Below the pieces are notes generated by a model that was given only the letters and a program-made list of their open reading frames with translations, made no database searches and was not told the origin of the DNA. From the human T2T-CHM13v2.0 reference genome, Homo sapiens, in the NCBI GenBank assembly GCA_009914755.4, contig CP068257.2, positions 25,792,001 through 25,856,000 on the forward strand: a stretch of DNA of 64,000 nucleotides, written 5' to 3'. Each line of letters begins with the position of its first letter. Position 1 is the stretch's first letter. Positions 42,200-53,680 of this stretch are shown here, one piece after another. A program made the translations under genes and the position numbers.

Positions 42200-43075
42200 T
42201 CAGTGACTCATTCATTCACTCAGCTCCTAATTAACAACAACTCACTTTGTGCCAGGCACTCTACTTCATGCTGTGTATGCAGCCGGTGAATACGTCAAAC
42301 ACAATCTCTCCATTATCAAGGACAAGTGGATCTCAATCTCAGCATCCATACTGACCACTTGGAGCACTTTGCAAAAAATGCAGATTCCTGAGCTACACCC
42401 CCCAGATATTTTGACCCAGAAGCTTAGAGTATAATGCAACAATGTGCTTGTTGTTAACACTTCTAGAGGATGATGATCGATTTGGCTCACTTACATGATG
42501 TGAGAGACAATGCAGTACAGTTTGTACCCTACTAGGCAAAAGAGATAACTTTCAACTTCCATTCTATTTTATTCTTCTAATTTTGTAAACTTTATACTCA
42601 CAGCAAGCAGGCTAGTGCTTGGTACTTTTTATGTGCTCAGTAAATATTTTCGAATGGATGTATGACTCTCTCGTAGAATTTACAATCTAGTGAAGAACAT
42701 GGAAGATTACAAAGGCACTTCTAATACTACATGCCATGGTTCAGGAATGATGGTGCTGGCCTAGAAGAGGATATCTAATTATGGTTTTTCAGTTAGAAAG
42801 TCTTCTCAGGAGAAAAGATAGGGCAACTGCTACCCAAAGGATAAGTATGTTACCAGATAAAATAGTTGATGTGTAAGAATGCCAGGCAAAAAGAAGTGCC
42901 TGCTCAGTATGTGGAGAGCATGACCTACTGACAGTGAAAATACAGTTATAATAAATGTGTGCCAAATGCACAAATAATCTGTGTATTGTTGGACTATGTG
43001 TTAGATATCCCACGCAATAGCTGGCAAACGGGAGGTGCTAAATAACTACTTATTAAATGAATAAACACTGTTCTG
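42200..43075. mobile_element. Cluster of short MIR/L2 3'-end-like fragments in mixed orientations
   Basis: 42205-42290 (reverse complement): CATTCATTCACTCAGCTCCTAATTAACAACAACTCACTTTGTGCCAGGCACTCTACTTCATGCTG. 42600-42665: GTGCTTGGTACTTTTTATGTGCTCAGTAAATATTTTCGAATGGATG. 42995-43075: ACGCAATAGCTGGCAAACGGGAGGTGCTAAATAACTACTTATTAAATGAATAAAC. Confidence 0.35.
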
Positions 43076-44706
43076 TCATAATCACTACATTTTAAATGAG
43101 ATTGTAATTGCTATTTTCTAAAACAAATAAGCACAAAAAAGCACATATTTCTTCATTTTCTCTCAATGTGTCCTCATGCATATTTGAATGCCTCCAAGAC
43201 CAGTTTTTCTACAAAGGAATGTTTACAATTAAAAAAATAACACTTTAGTTCTTAACTTATTTTTGACATTTTATGGCAAAAACAAGTTTTCTGGTTATCA
43301 GCTCTCCAGAGAATTCCATTTTAATTGTAATATATTGTTTATAGTAAAATACATTTGGAATTATTTTTTATGAATTAGTTAATTAAAGATATATGATCTA
43401 GTTGAGATGACAGTATTTTTTTCCTTTCATGTACTATCAGGAACTTCTAATAACTACTTTCAGTCAAATATAGTTATTTAAATCCTGTCATTATATACAA
43501 TCACTAAGTTACAAAATTGTAAATTCAAAGCCTCTCTTCTAGAACTGCCAGGCATTCTACTAGGCAGAATAAACGTTAACAGTGATTTTCTTTCATAAGT
43601 CAATTCCTATGCTGCTGCCCAGCAATGCAAAACACTTACTTCCTCTAGTGGCTAATCATGTTGCCTACAAAAGAAGAATTTCTTTTTCTTCTGGGCTTTT
43701 AGATATTATCTAAGAAAAACAGTGCATTTTTAAAATTGGTTCTCTTCTTAATTAAAAAAAAGCTTTGAAATCAGTAGAAGATTTTATAAAAGTATAAAAG
43801 AGAAGCTGCTATTGTTATTTTTAAGAGTAAAATAAAGTACTACAGCCTATCATGAGTGTAAAATTCATGAGTCAAATCTGTTTCAGTTGTACACAGTCCT
43901 TGACACATAGTAGGCACATATAATGTATCTCCCTAGTTAGAGGTTTCTATAGAGTGGGGTTTTGAATATTTATTAAAATTGTGGGGCTAAGGGGGCAATT
44001 ATTTTACCAGATTCAATCATAATAACAGAATGTGATACTAAGATACGAATGACAAATAGCTCACAATAATCCAGTTAAGAATTCTGAAAAATACAGCTGT
44101 GTGTATCAGAATTAATAAAATACCAAAATGACATTTCGAAAATGAGGAAAGCATGAATTTTTCAATAAGTGGAATGGTGAAAATTAAGTATACACTTGGG
44201 AGGACATGACAGGAAAGATATATCCCTATTTCACAACTTTTACACAAAATAAATTCCAATTGGATTAAAGATCTAAACATAAAACTGAAACCATATGCAA
44301 ACTTACATGGCTTATTTAATATGATACCAAAGACTGAACTGAGAAAGGATTGTAGTTCAACAGATTTAAATGTTTAAAAATGTTTGCTTATCAAACCATA
44401 TCAAATCAAGTAAGAAAGCAAAAGACAAGAATAGGAAAAATTTTGCATTGTGTACAAATAGTCAATATCTTTAATATAAATAACTCCCTTTTATGAATTA
44501 TTTAGGAAAGTGCAAGTAATCCACTAAGGTGGTTAAAGAAACTGAACTAGTAAATCACAGGAAGAAATAAAAAATCAGTATGGCTAAGCATCTTAGTACT
44601 TTGCATTATGTTTATGAATTATATTACAATGAGGTCACTAAAGATTAAAACAGGGGACATTTTCCATTGTTATTAAGACTGAGGACAAAGGAGTACTCAA
44701 GGGTAA

Positions 44707-44804
44707 CAAGTTAATGAAAGAACAAATTGTCTCAATTTTTAAGTTAATGAGAGAATAAATTGTTTCAATTTTCAAGTTAATGAGGGAATAAATTGTTTCA
44801 ATAG
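44707..44804. repeat. Minisatellite-like tandem repeat, unit of about 33 bp, 3 copies
   Basis: CAAGTTAATGAAAGAACAAATTGTCTCAATTTTT / AAGTTAATGAGAGAATAAATTGTTTCAATTTTC / AAGTTAATGAGGGAATAAATTGTTTCAATAG. Confidence 0.9.
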
Positions 44805-45358
44805 TCTTCAATCATACAATACTGCAGTCAGTAAAATAATATCTATTTTTAGAACATTGACAGAGAACAATGTCTTGGACATATTTTAAGACAAAACCCT
44901 TGAACAAGGTAGGTTTGAACTGCACAGCTCCACTTATACATGGATTTTTTTTTCACCTCTGCCACCCTTGATACAGCAAGATCAACTACTCCATTTTCTG
45001 CCTCCTCCTCAGCCTACTCAATATGAAGTTGATGAGGATGAAGACCTTTATGATAATCCACTTCCACTTAATGAATAGTAAATATATTTTCTCCTCGTGA
45101 TTTTTTCAACAACATTTTTCTCTTAGCTTACTTTAATGTAAGAATACAATATAAAATACACGCAGCATACAAAATATATGTTAATCAACTGTTTATGTTA
45201 CCAATAGGCTTCTAGTCAACAGTAGACTATTAGTAGTTAGGTTTTTGGGGAGTCAAAACTTATACATGAATTTTTGACCATATGGGGTTTGGTATTCCTA
45301 ATCCTCATGTTGTTCAAGGGCAAAGCATGTAAGGCATCTATATAGTTACTATAGCTAT

Positions 45359-47294
45359 TGTCTTAGTTCATTTTGTGCTTCCCAGACAGAATTTCACAAA
45401 CTGGGAAATTTAAGAGAAATGTATATCTTCGCAGTGTTCTGGAGGCTGGGAAGTCCAAGACACAGGTGCCAGCAGGTTCATTTATCTGATGATGATCTGG
45501 TCTCTGCTTCCAAGATGGCACCTTGAATGCTGTGTCTTTTGAAAATGGGGGAATGTTATATCCTCACATGGCAGAAGACAGGAGGGCAAAAAGCGAAAAG
45601 GGGCAAACTCCTTTCATTAAACCCTTTTATAATGGAATTAACTGACTTATGAGCAAAGAGCCCTCTTGAACTAAGCACTTCCCAAAAGATCCTATCTCCC
45701 AACACTGTTGCATTAGGGATTGTTTCCAACACATGAATTTCGGGGGACTAATTTTGACCATAGCATTCCAACCCTGGCTCCCCAAATTGATGTTTTTTTC
45801 AAATACAAAACACAGCTATTCCATCTCAATAGCCCAAAAAGCCATTCTGATGCCAACTTAAAAATCTGAAGTCTGGAGTCTTATCTAAATAAGTTATGGG
45901 TGAGGCTCAATGCATGGTTCATCCTGAGGCAAATTTCCCTTTAGCTGTGAGCCTGTGACATCAAACAAGTTACGTGATTCTAAAATTCAATGGTGGTACA
46001 AACACAGGACTGATATTTCCATTCTGAAAGGGAGAGATAAGCAAGAAGAAGTAACAAGTCCCAATTAAGTCCAATACCCAACAGGGCAAACAATCTTGAA
46101 ACTTAAGGCCTTGGAGTAATCTATGTTGACTCCATGTCCTGCTGCTTGCACACGCTAAGGTGAGCGTTGGGTCTTCTATGCTCCCAGCAGCTCTGTTTCC
46201 GTGGTTTTGCTAGGCACAACCCATGCTTCAGCACTTATGCATTGAAGCCACATGGCAGTGACTTCTAGCTGGTATCGCATGCAGGTGGCTCTACAGTTCT
46301 GGGGTCTTGGAGGCAGCCCTACCCCATGGCTCCACTAAGCATTGACCTAGTGGGGTTCTCTGTGGCAGCTCAACCTCTGCACAGGTCTCTGCCCAGACCT
46401 CGAGGCTGTCTGCAATGACCTCTGAAATTTAGGAGAAGGAAGCCGTACCTCCACTGATTTTGTAGTCTGCAAACCTGCAGAATTAGCAGTACGTGCATGC
46501 TGCTAAGGCTCATCACTGTGCCCTCCGGAGTGGCAGCCTGAGTTGCACCTGCATTCACTGGAGCCATAGCTGGGGTGGCTGAGGAGAGCTGCACCAGAAT
46601 GCAGAGAGCAGAGATCTGAGGCAGCCTGGACAAGTGAGTTCTCCTGCACAGGATCTCTGAAATGCCTTTCAGATCATTCTCTCATTGTCTTGATGAATAG
46701 CACCTGGCTTCCTCCTAGCCATACTAATCTCCTTATTACAATGTATCTCGGCCACATCCTTGGTTTTCTGTCCTCAACATGCCTTTTAAATACTTTACCC
46801 AACCAGGCTGTGAATTTTTTAAATCTTTACTTCCTGCTACTCTTTTGATTATAAATTCTATCTTTAAGTTGTTATTCTTTTTCCATTTTACTATAGGCAG
46901 TTAAGAGAAGCAATGCAGAATTGTGACTATTTTGCTGCTTAGAGATTTCTTCTGCCCAATATCCTAATTCATTTCTCTTAAATTTTGCCTTCCACAAAAT
47001 TTTAGGACATAGACATAATTCAGCCAAGTTCTTTGCCATTTTATAACAAGGATGGCCTTTCCTTCAGTTTTCAACACCTCATTCCTCATTTCCATCTGAG
47101 ACCTCATCAGAATGGCTTTTACTACCCATATTTCTATCAAAATTTAGTTCACAACGACTTAAGTAATCCCTAAGAAGAATGAGGGTGGAAGCCTTCTGAG
47201 CTAAACAGCTCCTAAAAGGCCACACCTTCCAACACTGTTGCATTGGGGATTAAGTTTCTAACGAGTGAATTTTGGGGGACACAGATTATAGCAA
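45359..47294 (-). mobile_element. MaLR (ERVL-MaLR) retroelement remnant. It consists of an MST/MLT-type LTR (45359-45766), a non-coding internal region (45767 to about 47177), and only the terminal roughly 115 bp of a second LTR (47178-47294).
   Basis: 45359-45766 is the reverse complement of an MST/MLT1-like LTR (rc ...CTTGGACTTCCCAGCCTCCAGAACACTG...AAATGAACTAAGACA; 5' rc TGCTATGGTCAAAATTAGTCCCCCGAAATTCATGTGTTGGAAACAATCCCTAATGCAACAGTGTTGGGAG). The middle segment matches the remembered MaLR internal sequence (CCAAATTGATGTTTTTTTCAAATACAAAACACAGCTATTCCATCTCAATAGCCCAAAAAGCC...TTGACTCCATGTCC...). 47190-47294 repeats the LTR terminal motif CCAACACTGTTGCATTGGGGATTAAGTTTCTAACGAGTGAATTTTGGGGGACACAGATTATAGCAA. 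Confidence 0.55.
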
Positions 47295-47402
47295 TTATTT
47301 AGATATCTTGATAATTTATATATAACCATAACCATATAGGTGATAGGAGATAGTAGAAATATATAGTATAAGGTCTTTCATATTCAGCCATGCACATAAA
47401 CA

Positions 47403-47403
47403 C

Positions 47404-47431
<28 letters not shown>
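47403..47431. repeat. (CA)n microsatellite, about 14 units
   Basis: direct read. Confidence 0.95.
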
Positions 47432-47435
<4 letters not shown>

Positions 47436-48893
47436 CACATACATGTTCATAAATATTTAGGTATACAGATAGTTTGCATCCTTTCCTGCTCTCACCAGCC
47501 TGGGTCAAAAATGTTATCATCAATTTCTTTCATGATAAGTGCCAAGTCCCCAATGTTTCTGATCATTTTGCCTTGCCATTAGCTCAAGTATACTCCCAAA
47601 TTCTTCAGCAGTGACTCCTTTGTGGTGAAATCCTGTGGCTGTATTTGGTGCAGATTACCTTTGTTAGGCAATTGTGTTGTGAGACAGAGCTCTCTCTTTT
47701 ACCACTGCCATTCATAACTTTGCCAAAGGTTTGAGAGAGGACATTCTTTCCCTAATACCTCCCAGCAAAACTGAGCACAGGTTATTGAGATAAACACTGC
47801 TAAAGCTCAGCCATAGAGTACATGTAATAGCAAGAGTGACTACTCTTTACTACTATTTACTTTAGAAAAGGTTGCTACTGTAGAGGTCATGAACAAAACA
47901 GAAGAACATTGACGCCTTACCTAACCACAAGAGTCCTTCATGTGGTCGGTAGTTTCACTCTCTGTCAGGTGGAATTAGCAGGTATTACCACACATGGAAA
48001 TCTAGGCCCAAGTGCTTTCTCAGCCCCAGAAAAAGACAAAATCCTTCTGTTCCTCTTTCAGAACCAGGCTGGCTAACAATGGGTTATCTCTTCCCTGCAG
48101 GTGAAATCTTGTTCCTCATACAAAGGCCAATTCTTCCTCATGGTTTCAAAAATAACAACAACAAAAAGATCATAATATTATTATTCAGTCTTAGGCAGTA
48201 CTAATGTGGGACAATATGTGTCCATGAAAGACTGAACTGTACCACATCCAATACTATTTCTTTTCTATAGTTGTATTTATATGGAGTGTGGGGGGGTGAA
48301 TAAATATGTTAAGCATATTTACTTTTTTGCTGCACCCATCAACTCATCATTTACATTAGATATTTCTCCTAAAGGTATTTTTATCTACTGACTGCTATCT
48401 CCTCTTCACTATTGATTTTCTTGACCAAAGTTTCAACTAAAATAAGTTTAAAAGAAAAAAATAAGATTATACTTATTAAAATAAGTTTAAAAGAAGATTT
48501 GGGAAAATAGTAGAATATTTTTTCAGTTCTTCAGAGTAATGATTCTGTTAACTATAAGTCAATTTATGTTGCAAACACAACACTAAACGTCACAGCTTGT
48601 ACTATGTGTGCTTTAATTACATCAAAACACTGTTAATTTCCAAGTATAAGAATGTTATTCTTATTATATAAAATAAAAACACATAAGGAAAGTTAAATTC
48701 CAATCTAGAATGAACCTAATTACTCATGTGACAAAATATTTCACAATTTTACAAGTGTATTTTTTGATATTTTATATAACTTTTCAATCCTATACCACTT
48801 CAAGAAGCTAAACCATATGACCCATATGAGATTTGACTCAAGTGATATTCTAGCAGTAGGTGCCTAGAAAGGGGTTTTCCTCCAAACATGAGC

Positions 48894-49009
48894 TTACTTG
48901 GCATGAATGGCTGTTCTAGTGTACATGACAAAAATTAGTGGCGTGAGGGGCTTACTTGGCATAAGTGGCTGTTCTAGTGTACATGACAAAAATTAGTGGG
49001 ACTCGCACC
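48894..49009. repeat. Tandem duplication, unit of about 58 bp, 2 copies
   Basis: CTTACTTGGCATGAATGGCTGTTCTAGTGTACATGACAAAAATTAGTGGCGTGAGGGG / CTTACTTGGCATAAGTGGCTGTTCTAGTGTACATGACAAAAATTAGTGGGACTCGCACC. Confidence 0.9.
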
Positions 49010-49738
49010 TTCATTTCTGAGTTAAGTCATGGGGTAGGAATGCTGAGAGAATAAAGAGGTTTCAGGTAGCAGGTGTAGGCAGAGAAGGCCTGAGGCATGG
49101 GTGAATTTTTGCCCACTTAAATGGCACTAGAAGTGGCTGAAATAGAATTAGACCCATAGAAACTAGAATGAGAGAGGAATACAAAGGATAACAGAGCAAA
49201 GACTTGTTTGGAATGAAGAAATGAGAGCTAGTGGGATGGTAGATGTCCCATCGGGTGCCAGTATAAGGACAAATGACACCTTAGATGTCCATCTCACTCA
49301 CACCTGAACACTATGTGCCCACAGTTTAGTTGCAAACCAGAGGCAAGCGGTCATGGGACCTTAAATTAACTCAAATTGTTTTTTTAGTCATCCAACATAA
49401 GGGAGGTTAAATGAGATATTGTGTAACTATATAAGCTAAAAAGATGTAAGCCTAAGACTTGGCATATACTTTAATTGTAGAAGATGACTACTGCTTCAGA
49501 TAAAAAATTAAATCCATTTATTTATCCCTATAGTAAAAATAATTAAAATGACAGAAAAAAATATACAAATGATTAAATATATGTACTCATACATATACAC
49601 ACAAGTGAATAAACACACACACATATATATAAATCCATAGTAATGAGTATCTGTATGCTGTTAGAAGTGATCCAAGATAATGAAAAGCCTAATTATGGAA
49701 GAGAGAGAACAGACATTGCAAGAGTAAAGTTCTTGACT

Positions 49739-50114
<376 letters not shown>

Positions 50115-51639
50115 TTAATTACAAGAAATAAAATGTATTTCTCATGAACTCTTTCTGGAAAATACTTAGAAATAGGAGAAATCCAAAGAAGAAGGCAGCA
50201 TGGGAAGCAAGACACACCAGAGCCAACCTGAGTATAATACAAATAAATACCTACATGATGGCAATGAAGTAGACTAAAGAAAAAGAAACCAATTGGATTA
50301 TAAAATTGAAAGAAGTATTTAGAGTACCCATGAACAATAACTCCATTAAAAAGAGATAGACGAACACAATTTGTATCAATAAGAATTAATAATAATATTA
50401 AGGTGTATATTTTCCATTGCTCTTTGGAATAAAAGCAATGGAAATTAAAAGCCATTAGAGGAAAACAATGCTGAATACAAAAGCCACACTCCAAATAAAA
50501 AGGAAGATAAAACATAGCATGCTTTTAAGTAGAGATGAAATACAAAATTACTTCCCAATCAATAAAGAAAACCTTCACTGCTCAATCAATGCAGGAGGAA
50601 GGAAAGTGACAATTGCCATTCTGATTTAATGTAGTCACTTTAAAATTATAACATAGTAATAAAAATAAATATAATAATAATATAGTAATTTCCCACAAAT
50701 TTTTCTCCTAGAAGTTATATGAGATCCCTGTATGTGTTTGTTGGGTGGCATGTGTGGGTGGTGGTTGGGGAGAGTGGGTACAGATCAAAGTTACATATAA
50801 ATACTTCCCTGTTAGTTTGTCTTGGAGAAGCATCCTGAAAGTAAAATTTAGATTTACTCCTAGATAGTTTAATTTAATTTTAAAATCACATACTTTTGGT
50901 TTTTAAAAGATCATAAAATAAATACAAAACAAAAAAACATATAGTTGCAACACAAACTACAGGTGAAGAAAGATTTCCCTAAAAGGCGCCTAGTCAACAT
51001 TGAAGACCTGACCAAGAGTGGTTCTAGAAATCAATTTCCATTTTAAAAAACTGTGGATCAAAAGTGAAGAGACTTTTACATTTTTTGATTATATTTCCTG
51101 CTTTTGGCAATTTTTATGGAGTGAGTTGCTTTTATAATTTCTTAATTTTATGCATTTTACATTTTGTGAATTGCACCTGAAAAGATCATTTCCCAAGAAG
51201 ATATTAGCTATTTTTGGAAAGGGTACAATTTTTGAGGATAATGGTATACAGAGGGAAAATTCACAGAAATGTATACAGAATTGTTAAAGCTATAAAATGA
51301 TGGCTCATTTTAAATTTACTAGCTGCTATACTTCAAACTGAGAGTCCGGTATGAACAAGACACAGGCACTGGTATCAGATACTTGCAATCTAGATTGGCA
51401 GGTTTAGAATGATTTTAACAAATTCTATAATTTGGATTATGTACAAATGTGATTGGTCCCTAAAAGAGAGTGATGAATTTTATTTTTAATCTTTTCTCAA
51501 AGAAGAAAAATTACTTACTTGGAGAAAAATTCAATGTGGAGTTTAAGATTATATGAGGGTGTGTTTTTTTTTTACAGAATCAGTGTTGGGGGCTGGAAGG
51601 AAAAGTGGAGAAAAGAGATTGGTGAGGGAAGTGTTAAAA

Positions 51640-52090
51640 AGATGAGGCCCATCATGCTAAGTGAAATAAGCCAGGCACAGAAAGACAAGTCCTGCATGAC
51701 CTCACTTATATGCGGAATCCAAAAATGTCAAACTCATAGAAGTGGAGAGTAGAATGATGGTTACCAGGGGCTGGGGGTAAGGGAAATGGGGAGATGTTGC
51801 TCAAAGGGTACAAAGGTTTAGTTATGCAGAATGAATAAATACTGGATCTTTCATGTACAGTATGGTGACTATAGTTATTAACACCTCATTATATAATTTG
51901 CTAAAGGTACATCTTACATGTTCTCACCGCATACACACACAAAATGGTAACTACCTGAGGTAATAGATATATTAATTAGTTGATTACGGTAATCATTTCA
52001 CAATGCATATGTTTTTAAAACATCATATTGTACATCTTAAATGAATACACTTTTTATTTTTCATTTATAACTGAATAAATTTGAAAAAAG
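51640..52090 (+). mobile_element. 3'-end fragment (ORF2 C-terminus plus 3'UTR) of an old mammalian L1 (L1M/L1PB-like), unrelated to the L1PA at 1-3938
   Basis: CTAAGTGAAATAAGCCAGGCACAGAAAGACAAGTCCTGCATGACCTCACTTATATGCGGAATCCAAAAATGTCAAACTCATAGAAGTGGAGAGTAGAATGATGGTTACCAGGGGCTGGGGG...GGTGACTATAGTTATTAACACC...GTTCTCACCGCATACACACACAAAATGGTAACTACCTGAGGTAATAGATATATTAATTAGTTGATTACGGTAATCATTTCACAATGCATATG...AACTGAATAAAT. The track peptide ...IMLSEISQAQKDKSCMTSLICGI matches the conserved L1 ORF2 C-terminal ...ILSEISQAQKDKYCMISLICGI. Confidence 0.85.
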
Positions 52091-53269
52091 ATAGCGAAAT
52101 GATCATAAGGTAGAAATAGACAAATAGAGGGCACTGGCAAACACAATCAGGATGTTACATTAGCTCCAGTAGTCTTTAGAAGTAGACCAGACACTCTTTC
52201 CAGAAATAATTTAAATTCAACACAGAAAGAAGGACTGGAGTGGTTATGATGTATAGATTGGAATGTTTCTGCCACTTGATCTGCAGAAAATGGCAAGTGT
52301 GGTTTTTCCCTGTTGGTGGCACAGGGAAAAATAGGCTTGATGTTTATGATTCTTTATATGGGGAGGGAAAGCTGAGAGAGGAGTGTCATTAGGCTGACAC
52401 TATTTCTGTCCACTCAGAAGCTTTTGCCCAGGTACTGACAATAATCATGTGACTCTCAGTAGTTTGGTCATAAAGGATTGGCTACTACTGGTTGAGTAGA
52501 ATTACCCAAATAGCACTATAATCTCAACAGCATTAGCATAATACTCTAATAGGATACCGTATTTATTAGAATATAAAATAAACATAAATATCAATAGAAA
52601 TATTTTATTTTATGAACCCCGGCTAGTTGCAAAACACATTCTAATAAATGCTATACAAACTATCGCCAAAATTCCTGAGTTTAGCATGCTTACAGAATGA
52701 ATATAGGGGATCTTCTAAATGGTATGCACGGAAAGTGTATGCTATTATTTGATTTTCAAAACTAAAAATCAATATGCTCCATATACTGTGCCCTAAAAGC
52801 AACAATATAAACAAAACTTAAAGATGCGTATTTTGGGAATGCAGGTCTTTGGGTTGGAAAACAGCAATGATGGAACACTAATGCATTCAAATCAGGTGTC
52901 CTATATTTTATTCCCTTAGGCATGAAAACATTGTAATGCTGTGATACACATTCTGATCTTAAGGAAACTACTTTGGAAAAAAAGAGAAATAAACTGTTAA
53001 TTTATTTGTGGTATTATTTAGCCTATTTCTAAAAAATAGTAAGAGATTCCAAAAACATTTAAAGTAGTAAATTGAATAATCAGTGAGATAGAGCTGGTAA
53101 TGAGAATAGTAAGAATAACCACATACAAGGATCAACATAACAGGGAAGTGTTCCACTTAGAAGTGAAGATAATTTGTTTTAATGTCTTTATTTGGATTTA
53201 TGTCTCTTAAGTTTTCAATATTTGAATTTTTTTTACAAATGTAAACAAAGGGAAGAAATGTGCCACAGA

Positions 53270-53400
53270 TATACATACATATATATATGTATATATATAT
53301 AAAACTAATCATTAGAAGCACACAATATCTGCTTTGACTTGCACTGCTCTGGATATCTCTATACATACATATATATATAATTTATAATGTGGAGATATAT
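53270..53400. repeat. (TA)n / (TACA)n-rich low-complexity block
   Basis: ATATACATACATATATATATGTATATATATATAAAA...CTATACATACATATATATATAATTTATAATGTGGAGATATATATATCATATT. Confidence 0.9.
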
Positions 53401-53486
53401 ATATCATATTGCTTCACAAATTATTTTTACTTAAATATGGTCTTAGATTTAAAAAAAATGTGAAATTTGAAGAGTAACATGTTTTA

Positions 53487-53680
53487 GCTGTGCATGACGG
53501 CACGTGCCTGTATCCCCAGCTACTTGGGAAGTTGAGACAGAAGGATCGCTCGAGTCTAGAAACCAGAGGCTGCAGTGAGCTATGATCATGCCATTGCACT
53601 CCAGTCTCGGCAATAGAGCAAGACCCTGTCTCTAATAAAATAAATAAATAAATAACAATAACAATAAAATAAAATAAAAA
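53487..53680 (+). mobile_element. Alu right-arm fragment (older AluJ/FRAM-like) with an (AAAT)n/(AATAA)-rich tail
   Basis: GCTGTGCATGACGGCACGTGCCTGTATCCCCAGCTACTTGGGAAGTTGAGACAGAAGGATCGCTCGAGTCTAGAAACCAGAGGCTGCAGTGAGCTATGATCATGCCATTGCACTCCAGTCTCGGCAATAGAGCAAGACCCTGTCTC + TAATAAAATAAATAAATAAATAACAATAACAATAAAATAAAATAAAAA. Confidence 0.85.
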
